Made by a program: the position numbers and the translations under genes. A stretch of 64,000 nt of DNA from the human T2T-CHM13v2.0 reference genome, Homo sapiens. The stretch is taken from the NCBI RefSeq assembly GCF_009914755.1, contig NC_060941.1; one strand, given 5' to 3'. Of this stretch, positions 27,833 through 41,600 are shown piece after piece; positions within the stretch are counted from its first letter, which is position 1; every line of letters starts with the position of its first letter. Below the pieces are notes generated by a model, which saw only the letters and a list, made by a program, of their open reading frames with translations, was not told the DNA's origin and did no database searches.

Positions 27833-28178
27833 TCACAGCCTTCTTGCATTTAGAAACACTAAATGACACTTCAGCAGTATTCTTTGTGTCATTTTAAACA
27901 GCAAAATCATCACAAAAAACATAAAAATGTGAAAAATGTGGCATGAAATAGATTGCAAAAAGGCATTTGTTTACAGTGTGAGAGCTAAAACAAGAAAGCA
28001 GTGTTATTTTGTTCAATCTCAGTTGAAAATGTGTACATCAGGTGACTAAAAATGTTCACTTCTCTGAGCATATCTGTAAATATCATGAAATGCAACAGAT
28101 ATGTAATTGGGGGTTACCAATAAATTTCAGTGAATAGGCAAATTCTTAGATACAGAATCTGAATATGAGCACCTACTG
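27833..28178. mobile_element. MER6-like TcMar-Tigger fragment
   Basis: cacagccttcttgc...ggggttaccaataaattt...ctactg followed by TA. Confidence 0.7.
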
Positions 28179-28463
28179 TATCTGATAAAAGAATTTTATC
28201 TAGAATATAGATATAACACTTAGAACTCAATTAAAAATACAATCCATTTTTTCAAAAGAAAACAGACATTTCTACAAAGAAGGTGTACAATTGACGAGTT
28301 ATCACACGAAAAGATGCTCAACGTTACTGGCCATTAGCAAAATACAAATCAAAATCACAAGATACTACTTGACATACACGATGATGCATGTAATAGAAAA
28401 AACAAAAAATAAGTGTTGGCAAGCATACGTAGAAACTGGAATCCTCAAAAATTGCTGATGTGA

Positions 28464-28847
<384 letters not shown>

Positions 28848-29649
28848 TTACCACGTGACCCAACAATTCTACTTTTAGGATTACACCCCAGAGAAATGAA
28901 AACATATGTTCAAACAAAAACTTGTACATGAACATCTGTAGCAGCATTTTTCGTAATATCCAATTATTGGGAAAAAATATATCCATCTGCTGATGAATGA
29001 TAAATAAATTGTGGTATAACCATCAATAAAATATTACTCAACAATAAAAATGCAGTATTGATACATAGATAAATGCTACAACATAGATCAACTTTGAAAA
29101 CATGCTAAGCGAAAGAAGTCAGTCACCAAATACCACATGTTGTATGAGTCCAGTGATATTACATGTTCAGAGTAGACAGATCAATAGAAACAGAATGTAA
29201 ATTTGTGATTGCTGAGGAGTTGGGGGAGGGACGACATGGGAGTAATTGCTATTCGGTATGGGGTTTCTTTATGGGGTGATGAAAATATTCTAAAAGGGAT
29301 TGTATTGATGGTTTCACAGTTCTGTGGATACACTGAAAACCATGGAATTGTGCATTTTAAATGGATAAATTGTATGGCCTGTGAAGTATATCTTAATGAA
29401 CCTGTTAAAAATGCTATTTTGGTACAAACGCTTTCATTTAGCAAGATGCCACCAGATGTTTCTCCTTTAGAAAATACTTTACCTATTCCTGCTTCTTTGG
29501 GGGCCTGTATTTATTATCTTTAAGTTTCATAAATTGTTTTTTAACACATGCTGAATAAGTGAAAAGCTATTTTCTTTCTCATGGTTATGTTTTCTAAGTA
29601 CTGCTCTGAACAGTAAATGTATTTGGAAATCAAGTATCCACCATTTTAC

Positions 29650-29816
29650 CTGTTTTATTGATGATCAGTAGTTGAGTGAGAGGGTCATGTGGTTGTTGTC
29701 CAGGAGCAAGGAAATACAAATGAGGAGAAAGTTCCCAGGTGTAACTGTTTTGATATATTTTCACCATGGTATACTCCACAAGAAGAGGGCAAAATCCAGC
29801 CATTAGAATTAATAGC
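29650..29816 (-). CDS. ABCA8: ABCA8 exon, first TMD2 helix/ECD2: [15 protein letters not shown]...[10 protein letters not shown]
   Basis: 167 nt, TAG acceptor, CAG|GTAAAA donor. Confidence 0.94.
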
Positions 29817-30237
29817 CTACACAAAAGAAAATTGCCAAAATGAATGCAATGTCATTTCCTGATCTAATACTCTCTGAGCAGTTTATAATGTAATGGGATA
29901 AAGAAATTATAAAAATTAAACACAATTAACTGTCACATTTCTTGAGTATTTTGTCCTTTTACTAACTCCAAATTCAAGATGTTAAACCGTAGATTTGTCC
30001 TTTGTTCATTTCTCCTGTTGCTTTTTGGCCATTGGATATCCCATAAAATTTCATGCGATATTTGTCCTTTGGATGTCAAGATTCTGCCTCTCTCCTGTGC
30101 TTCTTCCACTGTGATGCTTTCCCTTTCTGCTGCCTAATTCATCATATCTTTGTGTTTTTTTGCTTGCCTTTATACCTTAGATTTGCTTTTTAACGCATTG
30201 ACTTAAAAAGAAAACCTATGGCAACTCTGATACTTAC

Positions 30238-30436
30238 AGTGCTAAAAGAGCTTTTCTTTCATGCTTTAACTTTAACAAGCGAACCCTTGCAATTGCGCAG
30301 ATTTGCTGTCGCCAGAGAGCCACACCACCTATTGTCTTTCTCATCTTGTTAAGTGAAGAGAGGACTTGTTCCATCTCAACAAGCCTTTCAGTGTCGTCAG
30401 CTTTTTCCGCTTGTACTTCTCCCAAAATAGCAATGT
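30238..30436 (-). CDS. ABCA8: ABCA8 exon: [18 protein letters not shown]...[13 protein letters not shown]
   Basis: 199 nt, CAG acceptor, GTAAGT donor. Confidence 0.94.
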
Positions 30437-31052
30437 CTGCAAAACATAAAATAAGCAACTCATATGTACTTTATTGAGCTTACTATAGAGATTGGCTCTG
30501 CTAAGGATCTCATGATTAGAGTCTTCCGTGTTACTATAGGTATAACGTGGTTTTGCTGGTTACTGCCTTAAAATACAGAAATAGAAGAAATATTTATTTC
30601 TTGAACAAAAGGGATAGAAAGGAGACCTTAGGTAATTTGGATACAGACAATACATTACAGAGGTCAAGATAAATAGGCAAGGTCATCACAGTGGTTAGAA
30701 ATGACTTGGAAAGTCAGTAAAGGAAACAAATATCTTACATGTTCAATGAAGCTACAAATTGACATGCTCTGAACAGGGAGTAAACTGTAAATGGCAAGCT
30801 ACAAACTGGGAGTTAGCTATAAATTGTTACTGCAGAGATTTCAAAACTATTCAGTTTTGAATAGTTTCTGAGACTGCATTCATTTGTGTGTTCTCTATAA
30901 TCTCTGGATACCCAGGATGCTGTCCATTGTATAATGCTAAAATAAGCCTAATATCAAACCTCAAAAAGCACACACCCGTAAATGTATAAGTACAGTGACA
31001 GGACACAAAACACACTGTGAATGAAGATATAAGGATCTTAAGATAGTGGTCA

Positions 31053-31325
<273 letters not shown>

Positions 31326-32956
31326 TTATTTTTAATCCATCAGATGGGCGAGAGCACAAAGAAAGCTAAAAAACTAACATGTATAAAGGAAGGAAACATT
31401 TCTAGGGGGAGAAGATTCCTGTGGAAGCTTTCATCTTTAGGGACATGGCAGAAAAAGGAAAAAGGAGAAAACCACCATAGGTAGGTGAAAAGAAAGCAGC
31501 CCAGATTTAAAAATTCTGTGATTATATGTGGGCTGATATAACTGACTAGAATCATGGGGTACCTAAGTCACAAAACGAGTTTACAGCATCTACGAACTTT
31601 TTTTCGTGGAGCCTTTCCTAAGTGCATAGGAACAGTACAGCAGTAGCTGGGGGCAGATACTCAGAAAAACGGAGAGAGAAACACAAGAAGCTGCATAGTG
31701 TCTTGAGCAAGACATCATCAGGGTTCATGGGTCTTTCCTTTTGTGTAATACATGAGTCCACTAGGGTCCAGTCACTGAATGAGGAGTGGAGAGATGTATA
31801 CTAACAAATAAATAAACAAAAAGTGATGACAGGCTGAAAATCAGTGAGATTAATCATTATTGAGATATTTGATAGCAGGGCTATAGAGAAATATATAGAA
31901 TTTTTCCAGTGCTATAATTCAAAGTCACGTCTAAGGGAAAGACCTGATTCTACCTTTAAAACATTCGAAGCTGGGAGTGGACTGAATCTAATAAAACCTG
32001 TGCAAAAGCCCAGGCACTTGCCAAATACAAATTAGATCAGTTCTGCCATCCACATCAGTAGTCTGACAGAGGAAGAGTCATGCCATTTTCTGGCCATTGT
32101 TTACCTCAGTGTTCCTGTTTTGTTAAAGTAACATCCATGATAAAATACAAATTTCAAGACATATGAAGAAGCGGGGAAATATAACCCATAGGGAAGAGGA
32201 AAAAAAATCAGAGTCAGTTACTGATAACGGTCATCAGTCACACGGTCCACATGTTAGAATTAAAATACACAAGTTTAAAAATAACTATGATAAATATGTT
32301 ATAAGATCTACTGGAAAATATGGACAATATTGAGAGCAGATGAGAAATAGTAAAGAACTGAAACTCTAAAAAAGAACAAATGAAAATGTTAGAATGAAAA
32401 AGTGCAGTATCAGAAATAGAGAGTTTATTATGTTCGGCTTCAAAACAGTCTGAACACAAGAGAATAAGTTATTTGTGACCTTGAAAATAGGTGGATAGAT
32501 AGTGTCCAATTTCTAACATAAAGAAAAAAAAAAGAAAAACCTGACACCAGAGAATCTGAGATCTGTGGAACAGTACAATATGTCTAATTAAGACTCTCTT
32601 CTTTATTGCTGGCCTACAGGAATTTAATAGTTTCATTTTAAAGTATTGTTTGGGGTTCTTAAGTGTTTTAGATCTGTGGGTTCATGTTTTATATTAATTT
32701 ATGATTTAGAATAAATGTTTTATCTGAAATTGCCCTTAGAAGCCTAGAGCTAATATGAGTGCAGTGAGCCTTGGATGTAGAAAAATGGATTATTTTTAAC
32801 TACAAAGCAATGTTGACAGGGATGCGTTTCATTTTTACACAAGCTTGTCTAAGAAGAGCCTTAATCATGAACCCCACATTTTGTAATCACATCTTTGGAA
32901 CAGTGTGTTCTTGAAATATGTGCTTTTACATAATAATTTTCATGCATTTTATTTAC

Positions 32957-33076
32957 CCGATTCATTAATTGTAGATTTTCCTTCTAGCTTCAGGAATACT
33001 TCATTCAAAGTTGTCATGGAAACACCATAATTCTCAATTCCTAGGTCAGGATAGCTATCAAGATCCTTGTAAAGTT
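32957..33076 (-). CDS. ABCA8: ABCA8 exon: [39 protein letters not shown]
   Basis: 120 nt, TAG acceptor, G|GTAAAT donor; YG.S.TTL.EVFL motif. Confidence 0.95.
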
Positions 33077-34652
33077 CTAAAGAATACATATACAGCAGTG
33101 AATTAAAACAAGAATCACAAGTGAACTGAAGACAATTTTTCAAACTAATAAGCACAAATCTATGAAACTATACTTGTGATATGTCAAAAACATTTGAAAA
33201 TTAACATTTCATAATAGATCATCTTATTCTGCAAATTCTATATATTATTTTCTATTTTACATCATGTGTTACAACCCAAATATTACTTTGTCAAACATTA
33301 ATTTATATTCATTTGCATTTCTATTAAAGTTTAATCTTAGTTTTTTCTGACTTCCTTTTAAAATTTAATTAATTGTGAGACTCTGGGTTTTTCAACTCTA
33401 AGCCTAATTAATTGAAAAGTCTTTTCTAGAGAACAGATATAAATGGGAGCCATTTATGTTCTAACTGACAAAAGGAAAGGAATTAATTTTTTGAGAATTA
33501 ATTGGATGGTGTAGAATCTTCTGTAGTTTAGAAAATATTTGTTAAAGAGAAGACATAGAATATAAACCATTAAAAAATTTTCTGTTTCTAACAATGGAAG
33601 AAAAAATTCACAAGACCTAACAGGCAGAGAATGTGGAACTGAATCAGGGAATTTTCCTGGAATTGTGACAGTGATTATTCGCTCTAGCAATTTTATATCT
33701 ATTCATTCTTTAGTTCGTTCACCAAAATATACTTACGCATCTGTCATTGTTCATGAAGCAGTGAACAGTGCCCCTGCCTGCATGGATTTGAATTACAGTG
33801 GTTAAATCAAGCTTAAATAAAAACCTAATTCTAATACTAGGGTGATTACAGAAGTCCTGAGGCTTCCATCTGGAGCTCCTGCTTGGGCAAAAGGATAGGT
33901 TAAAAGCTTTTTGTCTTGACTAGAATACCTCATACAGAAAGGTAGAAAAGAAGTAAGATTTAAGCTAATAATGAGTATTATGCATCATTCTTCATTCCAC
34001 CTAAAACGTCTACAAATTTTCTTTAAATTATAATTACTGTTAAAAAGTACTAATCAGAATTTGCGTAACACTTTCCTGATGATTCTAAGGAATGCTTGTG
34101 TTGTCACCATAAAATGTGTATTTGAATGAATGTATATGTCTTTGTTAACCACATATACAGCAAGGTTAATTGTTTCAACCACTAATGTGGGCCCTTATAG
34201 TGCCCCATTGTTAAGGAACAAGTTCCCTGAACAACAAACATAGTTAGTAAACTTTTATGCGTTAGCCTGAAAAACCCAAAGTTATTGCAAAAGTCTCACC
34301 GAGACAGATAGCCACATCACAGGGCTGTTTAATGTAGTGCATAAGCCAGAGGTTTTCAACCATTTGGGTTTGTGTACATTTATGAATACTAGAATATTAT
34401 GTTACACACTACTAGGGAAGAAGGACTAAAAGAAGCCCTCTAAAATGCCCAGGCATTACAATACAACTATTAGAATGTAATTCTATTTCCCACTATACAG
34501 AAAATAATTCAGTTATTGTACTATTCTTTTGATTATGTTTCAGTACCTGAGCATACTGTAAGACATTGATAAATGTTAGTTGTAATGATAATAATTATGA
34601 TGATGATGACTATTATTCACATATTTTATTTCACAGTGTTCATGCACATTAC

Positions 34653-34792
34653 CTGGAAATTTATTTGTTCTTTCTAAGGGTAATGTATAAATAAGTTTTC
34701 CTTCGCTTTTGGCTGATAATTTGGCATCAGGGATGTGCTGTTTAACAAGTGATGTTATGTTTTCCTCAACACATATTTCATTTAACTGCAAG
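34653..34792 (-). CDS. ABCA8: ABCA8 exon, regulatory domain 1: [46 protein letters not shown]
   Basis: 140 nt, CAG acceptor after poly-T, CAG|GTAATG donor. Confidence 0.94.
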
Positions 34793-36123
34793 CTGGCATT
34801 CAGAAAAAAAAAAAAAGACATATGTTACTCGACATAGTCTCCAATAGCAAGAAAATAATTAACTAGTCTCTATAGGACAAAGAAAATCAATTAAAATCTA
34901 ATGCCAGAAATAGGTCAGACAAACACAAAATAAGAGGACAAAAACCCAAGAAATAAGAGGACAAAAACCCAGCCAAATCATATAAATGTGATGGACAAAA
35001 GAAAAGAATGAGCTAATGAGAGTTACTGGTGAGGTTACTCAGGAGTAGTGCCCAGAGAAGTTTCATATTGATTGAAGCTCCTGAAGAGAGGGTGGTCACA
35101 GAGTGGAAAATACCAGGGTTGCAGTACAGCAAAGGTCAGGACTATGCAAAATGGATAACGTTGCAGTTGAAGGTTCAGTTTTAAGCTGACTAAATAGAAT
35201 TGTTGTATCGCTTCAAAGGAACAAGAGACTTGTGAGAAGTATAGATGCCAAACAGTTTCAGTTACTCAATGTAGTCATCCAATGCAAATTTACTAAGTTC
35301 TTAGTATGTGACAAACATCATACTTAGTGTTGAGGATACAATGGTGACTAAAGCAGCATTATTCTGCTCTTATGGAGTTCATTGTCTAGTGCGGGCGTCA
35401 GGAAGAAAACATGTAGACAACCAGATGAGTAAAATAATTATCAATAGTAGTAAGTGCTATGAAGGAAACTGGATTATAGATAGAAACTAATAATGGATGA
35501 ATGTGGTTTGCTTTTCTTGTAATGCTAAGCCCAGAACTTTGAATAAGAACAAAGTATCATTGAGAAAATCAGTCTATCCATTGAAAAATACCACAGCTAT
35601 TTCTCCATTATAGAGAAACAGACAAACACAATATTCTATTAATTGAGGTTATAAATTATACAGTGGGCAAAATATCAGTAGTGACTTGGCTTTGAAATAT
35701 TGTTTTAGCATCTGGAACGTGTTATTTAACTTATCTAAACAGTTACTTTATTAGAAAACTGGAATAATGATTCCCAGCCTCTAGGGTTATTCGAACAATG
35801 GAATAATAGTGAAGTTTGCACTTGACAAGCCCTTAAAAATGGTAGCAATTTTATTTGACCAAATGCATAAGTCAAAAATTATTCCACTGACACATAAGTC
35901 ATGTATGAACTTAAAAGAATATATGCTATTTTTTTAGAAGTAGTGAAATCCACTGGAAGAGTGAAGCAAAAAATGTCGTAGCTGTTTTCCATGATGCTGA
36001 CTCCTGAAATGAAAACAATTTAAGAATTATTCCTTGGCCACTTGTAGGAACTTGTGCTGAGTGCTGGGGCGGAATGAATGAGTCATGCAGAAAGTCATTC
36101 CTTGAGGAACTTGAAGCTTGAAA

Positions 36124-36349
36124 GGGGAGGTTGTAAAACTTTTTCTGTAAAATGTGTACTAGATAGTAAATTTTCTAGGCTTTGTAGGCTGTTAGAACTC
36201 TGTTGAAACTCTTCCACTCTGCTGTTGTAACATGGAGACAGCCAGAGCAGTGTGTAAAAGAAAGGGCATGACTGGGCTCCAACCAAACTGTATTTACAGA
36301 AAGAGGAAGTAGGCTGGATGTGGCTCATGAGCTATAATTTGTTGGCCCT
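36124..36349. mobile_element. MER58A-like hAT-Charlie element
   Basis: aaactttttctgtaaa...gatagtaaattttctaggcttt...aaactgtatttaca. Confidence 0.7.
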
Positions 36350-36969
36350 TAGATTAGAAGAAAATAAGGCAATTGCACAAATAGGAGTCCATGAATGGAC
36401 TCGCAAATTGGGCAGGGATCCTGACTAGCACTTTTTATTTTGAAAACATGTTATGTTTCCATGCAGTGTGCCAGGCAGTCTCTTATTTATTTTTCTATAA
36501 CCTTTACTTGTAAGTAGGAATTGCTACTCTCACTTTGTAGGTGGAAACACTGACTTTCAGATAGTTTAATTAATTTCCAAGAAGAGATGCAAACAAAGTG
36601 CTATAAGAAATAAAAAAAAATTGGGACATTACACAGAACTGGAAAAATATCTACATGAGATATTTTTCAAATAACTTTCTAGGACTTAAACAAGTGCAGA
36701 TGAGTTAAGGAAACTGTCATCCTATTTTCTTTGTATTGTTGTCATGATAGGTTTGTTTTCTTTCTTAAGTATAGATGGTATAAATTTACAAAAACGACCA
36801 ATCATGTAACAAAAACAGTAGTTTAAAATATGGATTTGACTACTAGATTTAGAATTTAAAAATATTCAGGTTCAATTTCTGATTCCAGCACTTCTTAATC
36901 TAGGGAGTCTGTAATTTCATCTGTAAAATAAAAGTAACAACACTTCTATTTTAAACAATAGAAGATTTA

Positions 36970-38645
36970 GGAGGGGAGGTAGAGCAAGATGGCCAGATAG
37001 AACCCTCCAGAAATCTTCCCATCCCCCAGGAACACCAAATTGAACAACTGTCCACACAAGGAAGCACCTTCATAAGAACAAAAAAATCAGGTGAGCAATG
37101 ATAGTGGTTTTAACATCATATAAGGAAAGAAGCACTGGAGAGGATAGGAAAGACAGTCTTGAATTGCTGACACAACTTCCCATCCTTGGCAGCAGCTGTG
37201 TGGCACAGAGAGAGAATGTTGTATGCTTGGGGGAGGGAGAGGACAGTCATTGTGGGACTTTGCATTGGAACTCAGTGTTGCCTGTCACAGTGACAAGCAA
37301 CGTAGGGCAGAATTCGGCCACTGCCCACAGAGGGAGCATTTAGACCAGCCTTAGCCAGAGGGGAAGCATTCATCCCACTACCATGGACTAAAGTGCTCTG
37401 GGGATCTAAATAAACGTAGGACCACAGGGACTGAAATTCCTGGGCAAGTCCTGATGCTGTTCTGGGCTCAAAGCCAATGGACTTGGGGTGCAAAAGACCT
37501 CGAGAGACACCAGCTGGAGCAGCCAAGGGAGTGCCTGTTTCACCCCCTCCCCCAACACCAGACAGTGCAGCTCGCTGTTCCAGGAGAGACTCCCTCCTTC
37601 TGTTGAGGAGAGGAGAGAGGAGTAAATAGGATTTTGTTTTCCAACTTGCATACAAGCTCAGCCACAGCAGAATAGGACACCAGGCAGAGTTCTGAGGACC
37701 CCATTCCAGGCCCTTGCTCCCAGATGACATTTTTAGACATACCCTAGGCCAGAAGGGCACCTGCTGCCTTGAAGAAAAAGACCCAGTTCTGGCAGAATTC
37801 ATCACCTCCTGACTAAAGAACTTTTGGGCCTTGAATAAACACCAGCAGTAGCCAGGCAGTACTTGCCACAGGCCTTGGGTGAGGCCCAGTGCTCTGCTGG
37901 CTTCAGGTTTGACCTAGCACATTCCCAGCTGTGATGGCTGTGGGGAGAGACTTTCTGCCTGAGGAAAAGAGAGGGAAGAGTAAAGGGGACTTTGTCTTGC
38001 AGCTTAGGTACCAGCTTAGCTACAGTGGAGTAGAGAGCACCAAGCGGACTCCTGGGGTCCTGGATTCTAGGCCTTGGCTCCTGGATCTGGACTTGCCCCA
38101 GGCCAGAGGGGAGCCCATTGCCCTGAAGGGAGCTGCTACCCAGGCCTGGCAGCATGTACTACAAGCTGCCTGAAGTCCCTTGGGCCTTGAGTGAACATCA
38201 GTGGTAGCCAGGCAGTACTCGCTGCAGGCCTGGGGCAGTGGTGACTAGGGGGAGAGACTCCTTCTCCTTGAGGAGAGGGAAGAGTGGGAAGACTTTGTCT
38301 TCTGGTTTGGGTGTCAGCTCAGCTGCAGCAGAATACAGTGCCATGTAGATTCCTAAGATTTCTGACTCCAGGTCCTTCCTCCCAGAAGGCATTTCTGGAC
38401 CCACCCTGGGCCAGTGGGAAGCTTGCCACCATAAAGGGAAGGACACAGGCCTGGCTGTATTTGCCACCTGCTGCCTGAAGAGCCCTTGGGCTTAGAGTGA
38501 ACATTGGCGGTAGCCAGGCAGTGGTCGCTGCGGGTCTTGGGAAAGACCCAGTGCTGTATTGGCTTTAGATCTGACCCAGCATAATCCTAGTGGTGGTGGC
38601 CACAGGGGTGCTTGTGTCACCCCTCTGCCAGCTCCAGACAGCTCA

Positions 38646-38689
<44 letters not shown>

Positions 38690-41600
38690 CATTTGGAGAA
38701 AGATAAGGGAAGGGAACAAGCATCTCTGCCTGGTAATCCAAAGTATTCTCCAAGAGCACCAAAGTGGTACGTCGAAGAGTCTGCAAGAATCACCATGTTA
38801 CTGGATTTGAGGGTGCCCCCTAGTGCTGATACAGCTGCAGTGACCAAAGACTTAGACCATAACATTCTATTCCCTTTGAATACTTGGAAAGCCTTCCCAA
38901 GAAGGATGGGTACAAACAAGCCCAGACTGTGAAGACTACATTAAATACCTAACTCCTCAATGCCCAGACACTGATGAACATCCACAAGCATCAAGACTAT
39001 CCAAAAAAACATGACCTCACCAAATGACTAAATAAGGTACCAGGGACCAATACCAGAGTGACAAAGATACGTGACTTTTCAGACAGATAATTCAAAATAG
39101 TTGTTTTGAGGAAGTTCAAATAAATTTAAGATAACACAGAGAAGGGACTCAGAATCTTATCAGATAAATTTAACAAAGAGATTGAAATAATGTTTAAAAA
39201 TCAAGCGGAAATTCTGGAGCTAAAATATCAACTGACATACTGAAGAATGTATCAAAGTCTCTCAAGCAGAAGAATCAATGAGCTTGAAGACAGGCTATTT
39301 GAAAATACTCAGAAGAGACAAAACACAAAAGAATTGAAAAAGAATGAAGCATGCCTACAAGATCTAAAAAAGAGCCTCCAAAGGACAAGTATAAGAGTCA
39401 TTGGCCTTAAGGAGGAGATAAAGAAAGAGATAAAGATAGAAAGTTTATTCAAGGGATAATAACAGAGAACATTCCATGCAAATAGAAAACAGAAAAGAGC
39501 AGAAATAGATATCTTTATATTAGACAAAATGAATTCCAAGACAAAAACCATAGAAAGAGAAAAAGAATGTCACTATATAATGATAAAAGGGTCAATTCAG
39601 CAAGAAGATATAACAATTGTAAATATATATGCACCCAACACTGGAGCACCCAGATATGTAATGCAAATGTTATTAAGGCTAAAGACAGAGAGAGAGAGAG
39701 AGACCCAATACAATAATAATAGCTGGAGACTTCAACACACTACTTTCAGCACTGGACAGATGATCCAGACAGAAAATCAAAAACATTGGACTTAATGTGC
39801 ACTATAGATCAAATGGACCCAATAAATATTTATAGAACATTTTATGCAATGGCTGCAGAATACACAGTCGTCTCCTCAGCACATGGATCATTCTCAAGGA
39901 TACACGATATGCTAGCCACAAAAGAAGACTTAAATTTTTTTTTCAAATTGAAATTATACCAAATAGCTTCTCTGACCACAATAGAATAAAACTAGAAATC
40001 AATACAAGAGGAACTTTGGAAACTATACAAACACATGGAAATTAAATAATATGTGTTAGAATGACCAGTGTGTCAAGGAAGAAATTAAGAAGGAAATTGA
40101 AAAATTTATTGAAACAAATGAAAATGGAAACACAACATGCCAAAACCTATGGAATACGGTGGAAGCATTACTAAATGGAGAATTTATAGCAATAAGTGCT
40201 TACATCAAAAAGAGAAAAACTTCAAACAAACAACCTAACGACACTTCTTAAAAACTAGAGAAGCAAGAGCAAACCAAAACCAAAAGTCGTAGAATAAAAG
40301 AAATAATAAACATCAGAGCAGAAATAAATAAAATTGAAATGAAATAAACAATACAAAAAGTTGAAAAATTTGAAAAGTTAAACAAAATGGACAAACTTTT
40401 AGCCAGACTAAAAAAAAGAAAAAAAAGAGAAAGACAAAAATAAATAAAATCAGAGATAAATAGGAGAAATAACAACTGATACTGCAGAAATTCAAATGAT
40501 ATTTAGTGGCTACTATGAGCAACTGTATGTCAATAAATTAGAAAACCTAGAAGAAATGGACAAATTCCTAGACACGTACAATCTACCAAGATTGAACCGT
40601 GAAGAAATCCAAAACCTGAACATACCAATAACAACCAACAAGATTAAAGCCATAATAAAAAGTCTTTCAGCAGAGAATTCACTGCTGAATTCTACCAAAT
40701 ACTTAAAGAATAACTAATACCAATCCTATTCAAAATTATTCTGAAAAATAGAGGAGGAGAGGATACTTTGAAACTCATTCTATGAGGCCAGATATGACTG
40801 GAATATTGATGTGAAAATCCTCATCAAAATACTAGCAAACCGAATTCAACAACACATTAAAAAATCATTCATCTTGGTCATGGTTGGATTTATCCCAGAG
40901 ATTCAAGGATGGTTCAATGCATGGAAATCAATGTGATACATCATACCAACAGAATAAAGGGCAAAAAAGATATGATCACTTCAACTGATGCTGAAAAAGC
41001 AATTGATAAAATTCAACATCTCTTCATGATAAAACCCTCAAAAATCTAGGTGTAGAAGGAACATGTCTCAACAAAATAAAAGCCATATATGGCAAACCTA
41101 CAGATAGTATCATACTCAATGGGGGAAAGCCTTTTTTCTAAGATCTGGAACACAACAATGATGCCCACTTTCACCATTGTTATTCAACATAGTACTGGAA
41201 GTCCTAGCTGTGGCAATCAGATAAGAGGCAGAAAAAAATGGCATCCAAAATGGAAAGGAAGAAATAAAATCATCCTTGTGGGCAAATGATATGATCTTAT
41301 ATTTGAAAAATCCTAAAAACTACACCAAAATGCTATTAGAACTGATAAACAAAGTCAGTAAAGTTGCAGGTTACAAAATCAATATACAAAAATCAATAGC
41401 ATTTCTACATGCTAACAGCAAGCAAGCTGAAAAAGAAATCAAGAAAGTAATCCCATTGACAATAGCTACAAATAAAATAAGATACCTAGTGATAAACTTA
41501 ACCAAAGAAGTAAAAGATCTCTATAGTGAAAACCATAAAACATTGATGTAAGAAATTGAAGAGGACACAAAAAGGAAAGATATTCTATGCTCATGGGTTG

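Noticed and set aside
34928-34971. 23-bp-period direct repeat aaataagaggacaaaaaccca
   Set aside because: Simple two-copy intronic slippage duplication about 135 nt from the acceptor, with no supportable function.
37098-38932. Many overlapping ORFs up to 177 aa
   Set aside because: L1 5'UTR and (CA)n translation products.
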